A stretch of DNA of 57,596 bases from Pseudobdellovibrionaceae bacterium. Its GTDB lineage: Bacteria > Bdellovibrionota_B > Oligoflexia > Oligoflexales > Bog-1112. The notes under the pieces are model-generated. The model was not told where the DNA came from. It was given only the letters and a program-made list of their open reading frames with translations, and did no database searches. Positions within the stretch are counted from its first letter, which is position 1, and every line of letters begins with the position of its first letter. The position numbers and the translations under genes are program-made. The stretch spans positions 1 through 57,596 of the forward strand of contig PASJ01000001.1 in NCBI GenBank assembly GCA_002711925.1. The letters run 5' to 3'. Of the stretch, positions 47,691 through 57,596 are shown one piece after another.

Positions 47691-50540
47691 CTAGAATGTA
47701 CAACAAAAATTACGATCACCATACGCATCATCGACTCTTCCAACAGGAGGCCAATACTTTTGCGGGCTCATATCAGAGCCTGGAAACACAGCCTTTTCTC
47801 TGGTGTATGGAAAGCTCCAAGAGGTGCTTGTTGCCTGATCTTGTGTGTGGGGGGAGTTTTTTAGAACATTATTTTCTCTTGAATAGTCACCTTTTTCAAC
47901 CTCCCCAATCTCTTTCCTTATTTCAAGCATCGCATCACAAAACCTATCAATCTCTTCTTTTGACTCACTTTCTGTTGGCTCTATCATCATCGTGTTGACA
48001 ACCGGCCAAGAAATTGTTGGTGCGTGAAACCCAAAGTCCATCAAACGTTTTGCAACATCTTGAACATCTACCGAACAAGTGGCCTTAAATGAACGCAGAT
48101 CAAGAATACACTCATGAGCAACAAGGCCCTTATCGTTCATATAAAGAATAGGAAAGGACTCCCTCAAACGATGAGCAATATAGTTAGCACTAATTATCGA
48201 CTGCCTTGTTGCAAGCTGAACACCAGCACCACCCAAAAGTTTTAAATAAACCCACGAAATAGGATAAAGGCTTGCGCTACCATAGGGGGCTGACGAAACC
48301 ATACCAATTGAGTCTAAGTTTGTTGCATTATAGTGGGTCTTTGGCAGAAAAGGTAAAAGATGTTTTTTAACACCTATCGGACCGGCACCAGGCCCCCCCC
48401 CGCCATGGGGTATGCAAAAAGTCTTGTGTAAATTTAGATGACAAACATCAGCCCCGTAGTCTGTGGGGCAAAGCTCTCCTGCTTGAGCATTAAAATTAGC
48501 CCCATCTAAATACACCTGTCCACCAAAACGATGTATAAGAGCACAAAAAACCTCGATATTCTCTTCAAAGACACCATGAGTTGATGGATATGTAACCATC
48601 ATAGCAGCAAGGGTGTTTTTATTTTCTTCACACAACTCAGTCAAGTGTTTGAGGTCAATGTTGCCTGCTTGGTCACACTTAATCACCTTCACAACAAACC
48701 CAGCAATTCTTGCACTTGCTGGGTTTGTTCCATGCGCTGAGCTTGGAATAAGACAAACATTTCTTTGCCCTTCTCCAATACTTTCTAAATACTTTTTAAT
48801 AACTAATAGCCCGGTGTATTCACCTTGTGCCCCTGAGTTCGGTTGGAACGAAAAGGCAGCAAAACCAGTTAGCTGACATAGCATTTCATCTAGTTCACAA
48901 ATCAACTGACTGTAGCCAACAACCTGGTCTTCAGGAACGTAGGGATGGACGTTGGCAAACTCAGGCCAAAGCGTTGGTATCATTTCACAAGAAGCGTTGA
49001 GCTTCATTGTACAAGAACCCAAAGGTATCATTGAGTTCAAAAGAGAAATATCTTTCAGTTCTAGGCGCCTCAAATATCGCATAAACTCTGTTTCGCTGGG
49101 CTGGTCTAAAAAAAGTTTGTGAGTAAAAATAGAAGTAGATCTTTTTAAACTTTGTGGCAGACCAAGCTTCGAATTTGAAAAGATAGGAAGATCTTGATAA
49201 GTCTTTTTATCAGAACAAAAAACAGAAAACAGCGTTAAAACATCTTGAACACTCGTTGTCTCATCAAAAGCTACCCTTGTTAAACCAGAGGGAAAATATG
49301 CTAAGTTCACTCCGTGCTTTAAAGCTCTTTGTCTGATTTTTTCTTGCGAAACCGGTCCTTCTGTAATGCTCAATGTATCAAAAAACTCATGAGACTTCAG
49401 ATGATACCCTTGATCAAGAAGAAATGAAGCAAACTTTCTCTGAAAATTGTGCACTTGACAAGCAATTTTGTTAAGTCCTTTTTCTCCGTGATAAAGAGCA
49501 TAAAAACCAGACAGATTTGCCAAAAGAGCTTGAGAGGTGCAGATATTACTTGTCGCTTTTTCTCTTCTTATATGTTGCTCTCTTGTTTGAAGAGAAAGTC
49601 GAAAAACCCTTCTACCAGAAGCATCTTTAGAAACACCGACAACTCTCCCTGGCACAAGACGTTTATACTCGTCTTTTGTTGCAAAAAAAGCAGCATGAGG
49701 CCCCCCAAACCCCAAGGGGCAACCAAACCTCTGAGCACTCCCAACTGCTATATCTGCACCTATATCTCCTGGTGATTTCAGCAAAACTAATGCCAATGGA
49801 TCACAAGACAAAATCATCATGCCTTCTGAATCATGAACCTTTTGAGAAAAGTTCTCATAATCATGAAAGTCTCCATAAGTACTTGGGTAAGCCAACAAAG
49901 CAGCAAAAAAATTCTTATCAAAAGCAAAGTCTTCAACCTGGCCAATAAGTAAGGAAACTCCAAGAAACTTCGCTTTTGTTTTTAAGACTTCAATAGTTTG
50001 TGGATGACAATCGTCCGCAATAAAAAACGCTCTAGAACCGTCTTTGTTTTTAACAGCATGTGCTAAAGTCATAGCTTCTGCACAAGCTGTTGCCTCGTCT
50101 AGTAAAGAAGCGTTCGCAATAGGCAAACCGGTCAAACCAGAAATAACTGTTTGAAAGTTTAACAGTGCCTCCAAACGACCTTGGGAGATCTCCGGCTGAT
50201 ATGGAGTGTAAGGAGTGTACCAGGCCGGGTTTTCTAAAACATGGCGTTGTAGTACAGCAGGCGTGTGACAAGAAGCATAACCAGCACCTATCCAAGATTT
50301 ATTTATAATATTTTTTGATGCTCTCTGACGCAAAGCAACAAAAGCTTGTGCTTCCGTTTCAAAAGAGGCAAAGGCTTTTTGCTTAGAACGGATCAAACCA
50401 GAGGGGAAAACATCAGAAAAAAAGTCCTCTTCCTCAAAATATCCCACAGCAGCAAGCATTGCCTGCTTGTCGGCAAGAGTCACACCAATATGCCGTTTCC
50501 AGAAATCACGAGAACCCAAAGATTCCTGCTCGTTTTCCAT
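47691..50540 (-). CDS. gcvP: Glycine dehydrogenase (decarboxylating), single-chain P protein
   Basis: RHIG, YTPYQPEISQGRLE, REKATSNICT, PLGSCTMKLN, HLNLHKTFCIPHGGGGPG (PLP Lys), YGDRN. Confidence 0.98.
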   Translation of the reverse strand: MENEQESLGSRDFWKRHIGVTLADKQAMLAAVGYFEEEDFFSDVFPSGLIRSKQKAFASFETEAQAFVALRQRASKNIINKSWIGAGYASCHTPAVLQRHVLENPAWYTPYTPYQPEISQGRLEALLNFQTVISGLTGLPIANASLLDEATACAEAMTLAHAVKNKDGSRAFFIADDCHPQTIEVLKTKAKFLGVSLLIGQVEDFAFDKNFFAALLAYPSTYGDFHDYENFSQKVHDSEGMMILSCDPLALVLLKSPGDIGADIAVGSAQRFGCPLGFGGPHAAFFATKDEYKRLVPGRVVGVSKDASGRRVFRLSLQTREQHIRREKATSNICTSQALLANLSGFYALYHGEKGLNKIACQVHNFQRKFASFLLDQGYHLKSHEFFDTLSITEGPVSQEKIRQRALKHGVNLAYFPSGLTRVAFDETTSVQDVLTLFSVFCSDKKTYQDLPIFSNSKLGLPQSLKRSTSIFTHKLFLDQPSETEFMRYLRRLELKDISLLNSMIPLGSCTMKLNASCEMIPTLWPEFANVHPYVPEDQVVGYSQLICELDEMLCQLTGFAAFSFQPNSGAQGEYTGLLVIKKYLESIGEGQRNVCLIPSSAHGTNPASARIAGFVVKVIKCDQAGNIDLKHLTELCEENKNTLAAMMVTYPSTHGVFEENIEVFCALIHRFGGQVYLDGANFNAQAGELCPTDYGADVCHLNLHKTFCIPHGGGGPGAGPIGVKKHLLPFLPKTHYNATNLDSIGMVSSAPYGSASLYPISWVYLKLLGGAGVQLATRQSIISANYIAHRLRESFPILYMNDKGLVAHECILDLRSFKATCSVDVQDVAKRLMDFGFHAPTISWPVVNTMMIEPTESESKEEIDRFCDAMLEIRKEIGEVEKGDYSRENNVLKNSPHTQDQATSTSWSFPYTREKAVFPGSDMSPQKYWPPVGRVDDAYGDRNFCCTF

Positions 50541-50689
50541 AACAAACCTCTTAAATGTTCTTGCGTTAACAATATTAAATATAAAAAACTAACACCGCAA
50601 AAGATAGAAAACTAGAATTTATCTAGGCGAACACAAAAAAAATCGCTGCTAAAATATTTGTAGCTCGACCACCTTTAAAAAAGAGGAAC

Positions 50690-52060
50690 TTAGTACTTTT
50701 TCTTTCTAAAAGAAGCAGAAGCAAAGCCCATTTGTTGTCGATATTTTGTAACAGTTCTTCGAGCAACAGAAACAGACCTCTTCGCTAATATATTAACTAT
50801 TTTTTGATCAGATAAGGGCGCATAGGAATCTTCTTCGTTAAGCAAGGTTTTAATCATTTGCTTGATGGCTTGGCTTGAAAGCGCCTCTTCGCCCCCTTGA
50901 CTCACACAACTTGTAAAAAAATACTTTAATTTAAAAATACCCCATGAGCTTTGGATATACTTGCTGCTTGTAATCCTACTGACGGTTGACTCGTGCAAAC
51001 CCAAATCATCAGCAATATCTTTCAAGATTAAAGGTCGAAGGTATAAGGGGCCGTTTTCAAAAAAAGCTCTTTGCTTTTTTACAAGCGCTTCTGAAACCTG
51101 GAAAAGTGTTTTTTGTCTTTGCTCAAGGGTTTTTAACAACCAATTTGCTGATTTCAATTTCTCAGCTAAAAACACTTTATCTTTTGATCCTTGAACACAC
51201 CGGGAAAAAGTGTCTGCCTGATCACTTAGTTTAACTTGGGCAACTCCATGGTTGTTCAAGCTTATACAGAAGTTCCCCCCCTCAAAAGAAACGAAAACAT
51301 CGGGAACTATAAAGTGAGTATTTTCTTGAGCAAAAGCTCTTGCCGGAACAGGCTCCATTTTCGAAACGCGAACCAAAAGACCTTTAACCTCTTCAAGACT
51401 GAGACCCATACCTCTAGCAATTTTTTCTTCAGAACGAGACAAAAGATCTGGAAAATATTTGCTGATCATAGTTTCTATCAAAGGATCCTTTAGCTCTTTT
51501 GCCTGTAACAATAAACACTCTTGTAGGTTTCTAGCACAAACACCATGAGGCTCGAGCTGCTGCAAAATTTTTAAGACAGGCAAAACCTCGGCAACAGAAA
51601 CACCCTCTTTATCAAAAAAAGATTCGAGAGAAAGAGAGAAAAAACCTTTCTCGTCCAAGTTGCCAAGAATTAACAAAGCTATCTGTCTCTGCTTAGAACT
51701 AAGTTCAAAATATGCAAGTTGCGCCAACAAAGAATCAAAAAGTTTGGGACGCTCCGTTAGTGTTTTTTCAAAATCAAAGCTCTCCTCTAGGTTTTTTTTG
51801 GAGGGCCTTTCAAAAAGAGAGTCCATTTCAAAACAAGAAAAAGAGATATCTTCAACAGTTTCTTCAGATGTTGCGGGACCTTCTTCTTTTTCCTCTGACT
51901 CAAAAACTTCTTCTAAAAGTGGGTTTTCAAGCAACTCTTTGGTTAAATGTTGGTTTAACTCATGCCTTGAAAGCTGAAGTAGCTTAATCGCCTGCTGAAG
52001 GCTTGGTGTCATTAGTAACTGAGAACTTAACTTTAGGGCTTGGTTTTGACGCAAATCCAT
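50690..52060 (-). CDS. rpoN: RNA polymerase sigma-54 factor
   Basis: MTPSLQQAIKLLQL region I, HESTVSR HTH, RpoN box ARRTVTKYR. Confidence 0.97.
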   Translation of the reverse strand: MDLRQNQALKLSSQLLMTPSLQQAIKLLQLSRHELNQHLTKELLENPLLEEVFESEEKEEGPATSEETVEDISFSCFEMDSLFERPSKKNLEESFDFEKTLTERPKLFDSLLAQLAYFELSSKQRQIALLILGNLDEKGFFSLSLESFFDKEGVSVAEVLPVLKILQQLEPHGVCARNLQECLLLQAKELKDPLIETMISKYFPDLLSRSEEKIARGMGLSLEEVKGLLVRVSKMEPVPARAFAQENTHFIVPDVFVSFEGGNFCISLNNHGVAQVKLSDQADTFSRCVQGSKDKVFLAEKLKSANWLLKTLEQRQKTLFQVSEALVKKQRAFFENGPLYLRPLILKDIADDLGLHESTVSRITSSKYIQSSWGIFKLKYFFTSCVSQGGEEALSSQAIKQMIKTLLNEEDSYAPLSDQKIVNILAKRSVSVARRTVTKYRQQMGFASASFRKKKY

Positions 52061-52089
52061 TATAAGAACCCTCTCAACTAGAGATATTT

Positions 52090-52815
52090 TTATAAGCGAA
52101 AGTTTTCACCCAAGTAAATTTTTCGAACAAAGCTATTGTTGGAGACCTCCTCAGCTTTTCCTTCTGCAACAACTCGTCCGTCGGAAATAACATATGTTCT
52201 ACTGCAAAAATTAAGAATTTCTCTAGCACTGTGATCAGTTATTAAAACCCCCAAACCTTCTTCAATTAGGGAGTTGATAATCAGCTGAACCTCTTGAACT
52301 GTAACAGGATCCACTCCTGCAAAAGGTTCGTCCAATAAAAGAAACCTAGGACGAGTTATTAATGAGCGGGCAATCTCAACCCTTCTTCTTTCTCCACCAG
52401 ACAAAGAAAGGCCGTACGTTTTAGAAATATGTTGAATTTGAAATTTATTTAACAGCTCGTGTAAAAGGAGTTTCTGCTTCGAACGCTTGAGGCCAACTAG
52501 TTGCATAATCGCAAGAAGGTTCTCTTCCACTGTTAATTTACGAAAAATAGAACAACCTTGAGACAGGTAGCTTAAACCAAGGCGAGCCCTTGTTTGAAGA
52601 GGAAGAGCAGTCACATCTTGACCATCAAGAAGGATTTGTCCCCCATCAGGCGAAAGAAGCCCAACAATAGCATTAAAGGTTGTGGATTTACCCGCTCCAT
52701 TTGGCCCCAATAAACCAACAGTTTCACCTGAAGAAAGCGATACTGAAACATCTTGCACGGCCTTCTTGGCTCCAAAACATTTGCTAATCTTTGTGACAAC
52801 TAAACGCGAACCCAC
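52090..52815 (-). CDS. lptB: LPS export ABC transporter ATPase
   Basis: GLLGPNGAGKST, LSGGERRRVEIAR, LDEPFAGVDP, ITDH, YLGENF; directly upstream of rpoN. Confidence 0.95.
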   Translation of the reverse strand: MGSRLVVTKISKCFGAKKAVQDVSVSLSSGETVGLLGPNGAGKSTTFNAIVGLLSPDGGQILLDGQDVTALPLQTRARLGLSYLSQGCSIFRKLTVEENLLAIMQLVGLKRSKQKLLLHELLNKFQIQHISKTYGLSLSGGERRRVEIARSLITRPRFLLLDEPFAGVDPVTVQEVQLIINSLIEEGLGVLITDHSAREILNFCSRTYVISDGRVVAEGKAEEVSNNSFVRKIYLGENFRL

Positions 52816-52853
52816 ATTTACCTCTTCCCTAGCGACTCTTTAGGCTTATATAA

Positions 52854-53453
52854 TTATTGCTCTCCTGAAATAACTCCTCTTACTTTCTCAGTAATAAGTT
52901 GCCCTTTTACTAAGCTGTAGGTTGCTTTATGACAATAAACGACTCGTTCTCCTTGACGAATAACCACGTTTCCCTCAAAGAAAGCTTCTTCTTTAAGTTG
53001 ATCATACCTCGCTTCGTCGCTTGAAAGACTCCATGAATCTCCCCTACAGTCGATAAAATTCTCAACAACAACATGTCCCTTTGCAGTCATACTTTTAAAG
53101 TCACGACTAGCAGTAACAAAAGAAACCTTAACCCAATCGGCAAGAAGCTTTGTCGCTCCTTTTTGAAGAATAACATCTTGGTCTAACTCAAGCCAGAGCC
53201 CCTTTTCGCTGGCCGTAACGCTTTTGCTTTTAAACAGAAGCTCTTTGTCGCGCCTTTGAAGGGTGCCCTTTTCAGAGTCACAAGATTTCGAGCGGCCCCC
53301 AAACAAGCCAAGACGAGGTGGCCCTTGCTGAGCGCTTTGTTTAGGATTTGCCAATAATTTTAAGCTTAAAGCCCCATCGGAAAAAAGAGCTGCAAAAAGG
53401 ACACACATAAAAATAAAAACAGAAAAGGGAAAAAAAACAAACCTAGAAAGCAC
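52854..53453 (-). CDS. lptA: LptA/OstA-family LPS transport periplasmic protein
   Basis: Signal anchor plus beta-jellyroll pattern (AKGHVVV, FEGNVVIRQG); position between lptC-like gene and lptB; GTG 53453 after GAGGG. Confidence 0.75.
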   Translation of the reverse strand: MLSRFVFFPFSVFIFMCVLFAALFSDGALSLKLLANPKQSAQQGPPRLGLFGGRSKSCDSEKGTLQRRDKELLFKSKSVTASEKGLWLELDQDVILQKGATKLLADWVKVSFVTASRDFKSMTAKGHVVVENFIDCRGDSWSLSSDEARYDQLKEEAFFEGNVVIRQGERVVYCHKATYSLVKGQLITEKVRGVISGEQ

Positions 53454-54036
53454 AAGCCCCTCCCTCACAACTAAAAGAACCATGTGTTTGCCCAAACAGC
53501 TTTACCGTAAAGCTATCAACATCTAAAGAGAAACCACTGTCACCAAAAAACTTCAAGCCTTCATTCAAAAGAGTAACAGGACTTTCACTCACAACCTTAC
53601 GAAAAGAGCCGAGATAATACGGGTTAAAAGTAACGACCTGCGTGTCGGCAGAGGTAAAAAAACTCTCCCCTTCTGCCCACATGCCGTCAACTAACTCTTC
53701 GTTAGCGCCCAAATCAAGAAAAGATTTCTTAAAAGTCATCTTTAAAGTCGGTGCGGAAAAACAACGCGCAACACCTTTCTGCAAAAAAGCATGACCCCAG
53801 ACGCCACCAAAAAAACCCGCACTTTCAAGGTTTTCTGCCACCCCTTGGGCTGCAAAAATATTATACTCTTCTCTGCCCTGGTGATATGCCTTAAAGGTTC
53901 CACCAACAAAACGCCCAACAGCAAAGTCTACCGCCTGCTCTTGAGGGGTTTGAGAAGTGAAAAAAAATTGTACCCCAGCAAACAAAGCAAATGTCAGAAA
54001 AGCGACCCAAACCGTAACTCGCCTCTTTGAAACCAA
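53443..54036 (-). CDS. lptC: LptC-like LPS export protein (divergent)
   Basis: Single N-terminal TM, beta-rich periplasmic part; called mainly from synteny. Confidence 0.55.
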   Translation of the reverse strand: MVSKRRVTVWVAFLTFALFAGVQFFFTSQTPQEQAVDFAVGRFVGGTFKAYHQGREEYNIFAAQGVAENLESAGFFGGVWGHAFLQKGVARCFSAPTLKMTFKKSFLDLGANEELVDGMWAEGESFFTSADTQVVTFNPYYLGSFRKVVSESPVTLLNEGLKFFGDSGFSLDVDSFTVKLFGQTHGSFSCEGGACAF

Positions 54037-54041
54037 AGCTA

Positions 54042-55658
54042 TTACTCCGTATGTCTTGTGCTTTTTTTATCTTGTTTCTTTTTGCTTGCTGCAAAAACAA
54101 AACCCTTAAAAAGAGGGTGAGCCCCCATGGGACGACTGACTAGCTCTGGGTGAAACTGACAAGCAACAAACCAAGGATGACCCTGAAGCTCAAAAATTTC
54201 TACCAGCTTATCATCTGGAGAGGTACCACTAAAAACAACCCCCGCTTCTTCAAACCTTGAACGATACTGACTGTTAAATTCATAGCGATGACGGTGCCTT
54301 TCCATAACCGTATCTTTACCATATGCTTCTCTGGCTTTAGAGCTTTTTGCAAGCACACAAGGGTAGCTTCCAAGACGCATTGTCCCCCCCTTGTTTGTCA
54401 CACCCTTTTGCTCTTCCATTAAGAAAATAACTGGCTCTGTTGTCTCAGGAGCAAACTCTAGGCTATCTGCTGTGTGTAAACCAAGAATATTTCGAGCGAC
54501 CTCCACAGAAGCCAGTTGCATCCCCAAACAAATACCTAAAAAAGGAAGATTTTGGCACCTAGCAAACTCAATAGACCGAATCATACCTTCTGTTCCGCGC
54601 TCTCCGAACCCTCCAGGAACAATAACGCCATCAACCCCCTCCAAACAAACCGAAGGCCCTTTTGCTATTACATCTTGAGCAGCGACGTATACTACAGAAA
54701 CAGCCGCTTCATTACTGATTCCAGCATGGACTAGAGCCTCCTCGATTGATTTGTAGGAGTCAACAACGTCTGTGTACTTACCAACAATAGCAATTTTGAT
54801 ATTTTGTTTTGGATGATCGAGTCGTTCAATGATGCTGTACCATTCCCTCAGGTCCGGACTCCGCGCCCAGATATTCAAGTTGTCAACAAGACTTTGATCT
54901 AACCCTTGCTGATGAAGCATCAAAGGAATTTTATAAATACTATCCATATCAACAGCTTGAAAGACCTGGTCCCCAGGAACATTACAAAAAACAGCAATCT
55001 TACGCAATAAATCAGAAGGAATCTCCCGCTCGGCACGACAAAGAAGGAAGTCTGGTTGTATCCCTATAGATCTAAGTTCTTTTACTGAGTGCTGAGTTGG
55101 CTTTGTTTTTAGTTCATCAGCAGAGCTTAAATATGGTATATAAGTCATATGAATAAGTGCAGATGATATTTTTTTGTTATTTCTTATCTGTCTTATAGCT
55201 TCTAAAAAAGGTAAGGACTCTATATCACCAACTGTACCTCCAATTTCATAAATTATAATATCTTCATTTTTTATATCACTATTAATAAATGACTTTATCT
55301 CATTTGTTACGTGAGGAATTACTTGAATTGTAGCTCCAAGGTAATCTCCCTTTCTTTCTTTTGATAATACATTCGAATAAATTTTACCCGATGAAATACT
55401 ATCTGTTTGTTTTGCTGATTGATTTGTAAACCTTTCGTAATGACCGAGATCTAAATCCGTTTCTGCCCCATCATCCGTTACATAAACTTCTCCATGTTGA
55501 TAGGGGCTCATTGTGCCAGGATCGACATTTAAATATGGATCTAGTTTCCTGATCCTAACTCTAAAATTTCTTGATTTTAAAAGAGTGGCAAGTGCAGCAG
55601 AGGCTATTCCCTTACCTAAAGATGAAGCTACTCCTCCCGTAATAAAAACAAAATGCAT
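54042..55658 (-). CDS. pyrG: CTP synthase (probably chimeric, see findings)
   Basis: ITGGVASSLGKG, DPYLNVDPGTMSP, KTKPTQHSV, GATase GICLGMQ, RHRHRYE, QFHPE. Confidence 0.97.
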   Translation of the reverse strand: MHFVFITGGVASSLGKGIASAALATLLKSRNFRVRIRKLDPYLNVDPGTMSPYQHGEVYVTDDGAETDLDLGHYERFTNQSAKQTDSISSGKIYSNVLSKERKGDYLGATIQVIPHVTNEIKSFINSDIKNEDIIIYEIGGTVGDIESLPFLEAIRQIRNNKKISSALIHMTYIPYLSSADELKTKPTQHSVKELRSIGIQPDFLLCRAEREIPSDLLRKIAVFCNVPGDQVFQAVDMDSIYKIPLMLHQQGLDQSLVDNLNIWARSPDLREWYSIIERLDHPKQNIKIAIVGKYTDVVDSYKSIEEALVHAGISNEAAVSVVYVAAQDVIAKGPSVCLEGVDGVIVPGGFGERGTEGMIRSIEFARCQNLPFLGICLGMQLASVEVARNILGLHTADSLEFAPETTEPVIFLMEEQKGVTNKGGTMRLGSYPCVLAKSSKAREAYGKDTVMERHRHRYEFNSQYRSRFEEAGVVFSGTSPDDKLVEIFELQGHPWFVACQFHPELVSRPMGAHPLFKGFVFAASKKKQDKKSTRHTE

Positions 55659-55712
55659 TACGGAATACCCTGATATATAAATAAAAGCTTATATCAAGAT
55701 AATATTAAATAA

Positions 55713-56015
55713 TTATTCAGGGATAGATGGCTCTTCTGAAGATTGTTCCTCAGAATTCAACGTTGGCAGAGATTCTAAGACATTTTTATCAGATCCAATA
55801 GAAGCTGTTATTGTAAGAACAACACTCATTACCATAAAAAGTGTAGCTGTAATAGCAGTCAATCGAGAAAGTAAGTTAGCTGAACCTCGGGCAGACATCA
55901 TTCCTCCAAAAGTTCCCCCTCCTAAACCTAAACCTTCATTATCTGAACCTTGAAGCAAAACAAGTATCACCAAAGCTATTGCCAATATTAGCTGTATGAT
56001 AATCAATGTAGTCAT
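55713..56015 (-). CDS. secG: Preprotein translocase subunit SecG
   Basis: LVLLQ...GLGLGGG...RGSANLLSRLTAI; lies between tpiA and pyrG. Confidence 0.92.
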   Translation of the reverse strand: MTTLIIIQLILAIALVILVLLQGSDNEGLGLGGGTFGGMMSARGSANLLSRLTAITATLFMVMSVVLTITASIGSDKNVLESLPTLNSEEQSSEEPSIPE

Positions 56016-56056
56016 AAATTGCTTATATTTATAACTTAATATTTATCAAGATATAA

Positions 56057-56776
56057 TTAGGAAATAATATTGTTGAATTCTTCTATTTTTAATGAAGCTC
56101 CTCCAATTAGACAACCATCAACACTATCTATTTCATTAATTACTTTAGAATTTGATGATTTAACTGATCCTCCATAAAGAATTTTGTAATTATTTAAACT
56201 ATCATCTATTTTTTTTATTTTTACATGAATTTGATCAATCTCATTTATTGTTGGGGTTAATCCAGTTCCAATTGCCCAAATTGGCTCGTAGGCTATTATT
56301 GTGTTTTCATTATTTGAAATTTTTGGAATACCTTCTTTAATTTGTTTTGTAAGTACTTCAGTGGTTTTATTGTTTTGTTTTTCCTCTAAAGACTCACCAA
56401 TACATAGAATTGGAATAATATTATTATTTATCAAATTACCAATTTTTAATTTTATATTATCATTAGTTTCATTAAAGTTTTGTCTTCTTTCAGAGTGGCC
56501 TACTAAACAGAACTTTACATCCATGTCATTTAACATTTCAGCAGACAACTCGCCTGTAAACGCACCACTTATAAATTTTGAAACATCTTGAGCTCCTGCA
56601 AAAATATTTTTTTGATTTTTTTTAATTTTATCAATATAAATTGATGGTGGACAAACAACAACGCAGTTTTGACTTTTTGTATTCAATGCATCAAAATAAT
56701 CATTGATGAAGGCCATATTCCCATTTAATTTCCAATTAGCGACAAAAAAAGACGAAAAATTACTAAGATTTAACAT
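56057..56776 (-). CDS. tpiA: Triosephosphate isomerase
   Basis: ANWKLNG, GHSERR, AYEPIWAIGTG, YGGSV, IGGASL. Confidence 0.97.
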   Translation of the reverse strand: MLNLSNFSSFFVANWKLNGNMAFINDYFDALNTKSQNCVVVCPPSIYIDKIKKNQKNIFAGAQDVSKFISGAFTGELSAEMLNDMDVKFCLVGHSERRQNFNETNDNIKLKIGNLINNNIIPILCIGESLEEKQNNKTTEVLTKQIKEGIPKISNNENTIIAYEPIWAIGTGLTPTINEIDQIHVKIKKIDDSLNNYKILYGGSVKSSNSKVINEIDSVDGCLIGGASLKIEEFNNIIS

Positions 56777-56825
56777 AATTACTTTTATTTATAGAAACTA
56801 ATATTGTAGAAGCAATAAAAATTTT

Positions 56826-57530
56826 ATGAGATCAATTAGAAAATCATGGATTGGAATAGCTTTAGCCATATTATTTGGACTAAGTCTATTTTTTTTTAGA
56901 GGTTCTCAACGATATTCAAACCTATTTAATTCAGATAATATAATCGCTTCAGTATCAGGAACAGCAATTTCAACTACTAAATTTATAAGAGCTCTAGATA
57001 TGAATATATCTCAATTTGGACAAATGTTAGGTAAAGAACTTACAGGTGATGAGATTAGGTCTTTTCAAATACATCAACTTGTACTTCAAAATTTAGTAAA
57101 TAATGCAATATTTGAAAATGAATTTGAAGATATTAATTTTATAATTGACGACTCAATTATTGCTAAAAGAACGAAAGAAAGATTCCCAAACTTATATATC
57201 AACAATCAGATTAATGAAGAAGTTTTAAATACATTTCTTAGACAACAAAAACTAAAAATAGAAGATTTGGTTAATATTATTAGTTATGAAACTAAAGCAT
57301 TAGTTTTTGATGATCTTTTTTTTGAAAAAAAATATCCTTTAGAAATGCAAAAAAAAATCTCTTTGTCTGAGTCTCAAATTCGAGAATTAGATTTAATTAA
57401 AATGAATATAGAAAAAATTAAATTAAAAAATTTTAATGAAGAAGAAATCAAAAAAAATAATACAGAACTTATTAAATTTTATAATGATAATAGTAATAAA
57501 TACATGACTGAAGAAAAAAGAGATATTTCA
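56826..57530 (+). CDS. PpiD/SurA-N-terminal-domain chaperone, partial
   Basis: Not in the ORF track (no stop before edge). My translation: MRSIRKSWIGIALAILFGLSLFFF...IASVSGTAIS...FYNDNSNKYMTEEKRDIS; divergent from tpiA as in Alphaproteobacteria. Confidence 0.8.
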
Positions 57531-57596
57531 GCAAGCGGAGTTGTTACATTTAAAAAATCTGAAGATTTAGCTAATACTTTTAAAGAATTACCAAAT
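57525..57596 (+). other. In-frame fragment of a TatD-family DNase fused to the PpiD ORF (chimeric junction)
   Basis: ISASGVVTFKKSEDLANTFKELPN matches the TatD motif YIS(F/A)SGxxTFK...L...P that precedes xxxLxETD. Confidence 0.65.

Overview
Low-GC bacterial contig made of two apparently different sources. Bases 1 to ~55,050 look like one chromosome of a deltaproteobacteria-like/Bdellovibrionota-type organism (taxonomy inferred from gene content and order, not from a search), with a strong strand bias (+ strand A/C-rich, - strand G/T-rich). It carries sucB-lpdA-sucA, an S1-type protein, tRNA-Ser(GGA), ggt, infC, pilB-pilC, a wzx/wecA-like/O-antigen-ligase cluster, purM, mutM and a solitary tRNA-Ile(GAT). 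An accessory-looking stretch at 31.3-41.1 kb follows, then sucCD, murB, alkD, a GT9, gcvP and pyrG-lptC-lptA-lptB-rpoN. The accessory stretch holds a lipoprotein, an exported ClpP-like protease, an LtaS-like protein and a metal-handling cassette. From ~55,050 to the end the DNA is much more AT-rich, with alphaproteobacterial (Pelagibacterales-like) order ppiD<>tpiA-secG-pyrG. The switch falls in frame inside pyrG, and a second in-frame switch (PpiD to TatD) lies ~70 bp from the end, which points to amplification/assembly chimeras. The best candidate for an undescribed system is the mer-like but MerA/MerR-less metal cassette (beta-barrel, two HMA chaperones, MerT-like transporter, flavoprotein, facing an RcnA-like transporter). 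No CRISPR array, rRNA, transposase or integrase was seen.
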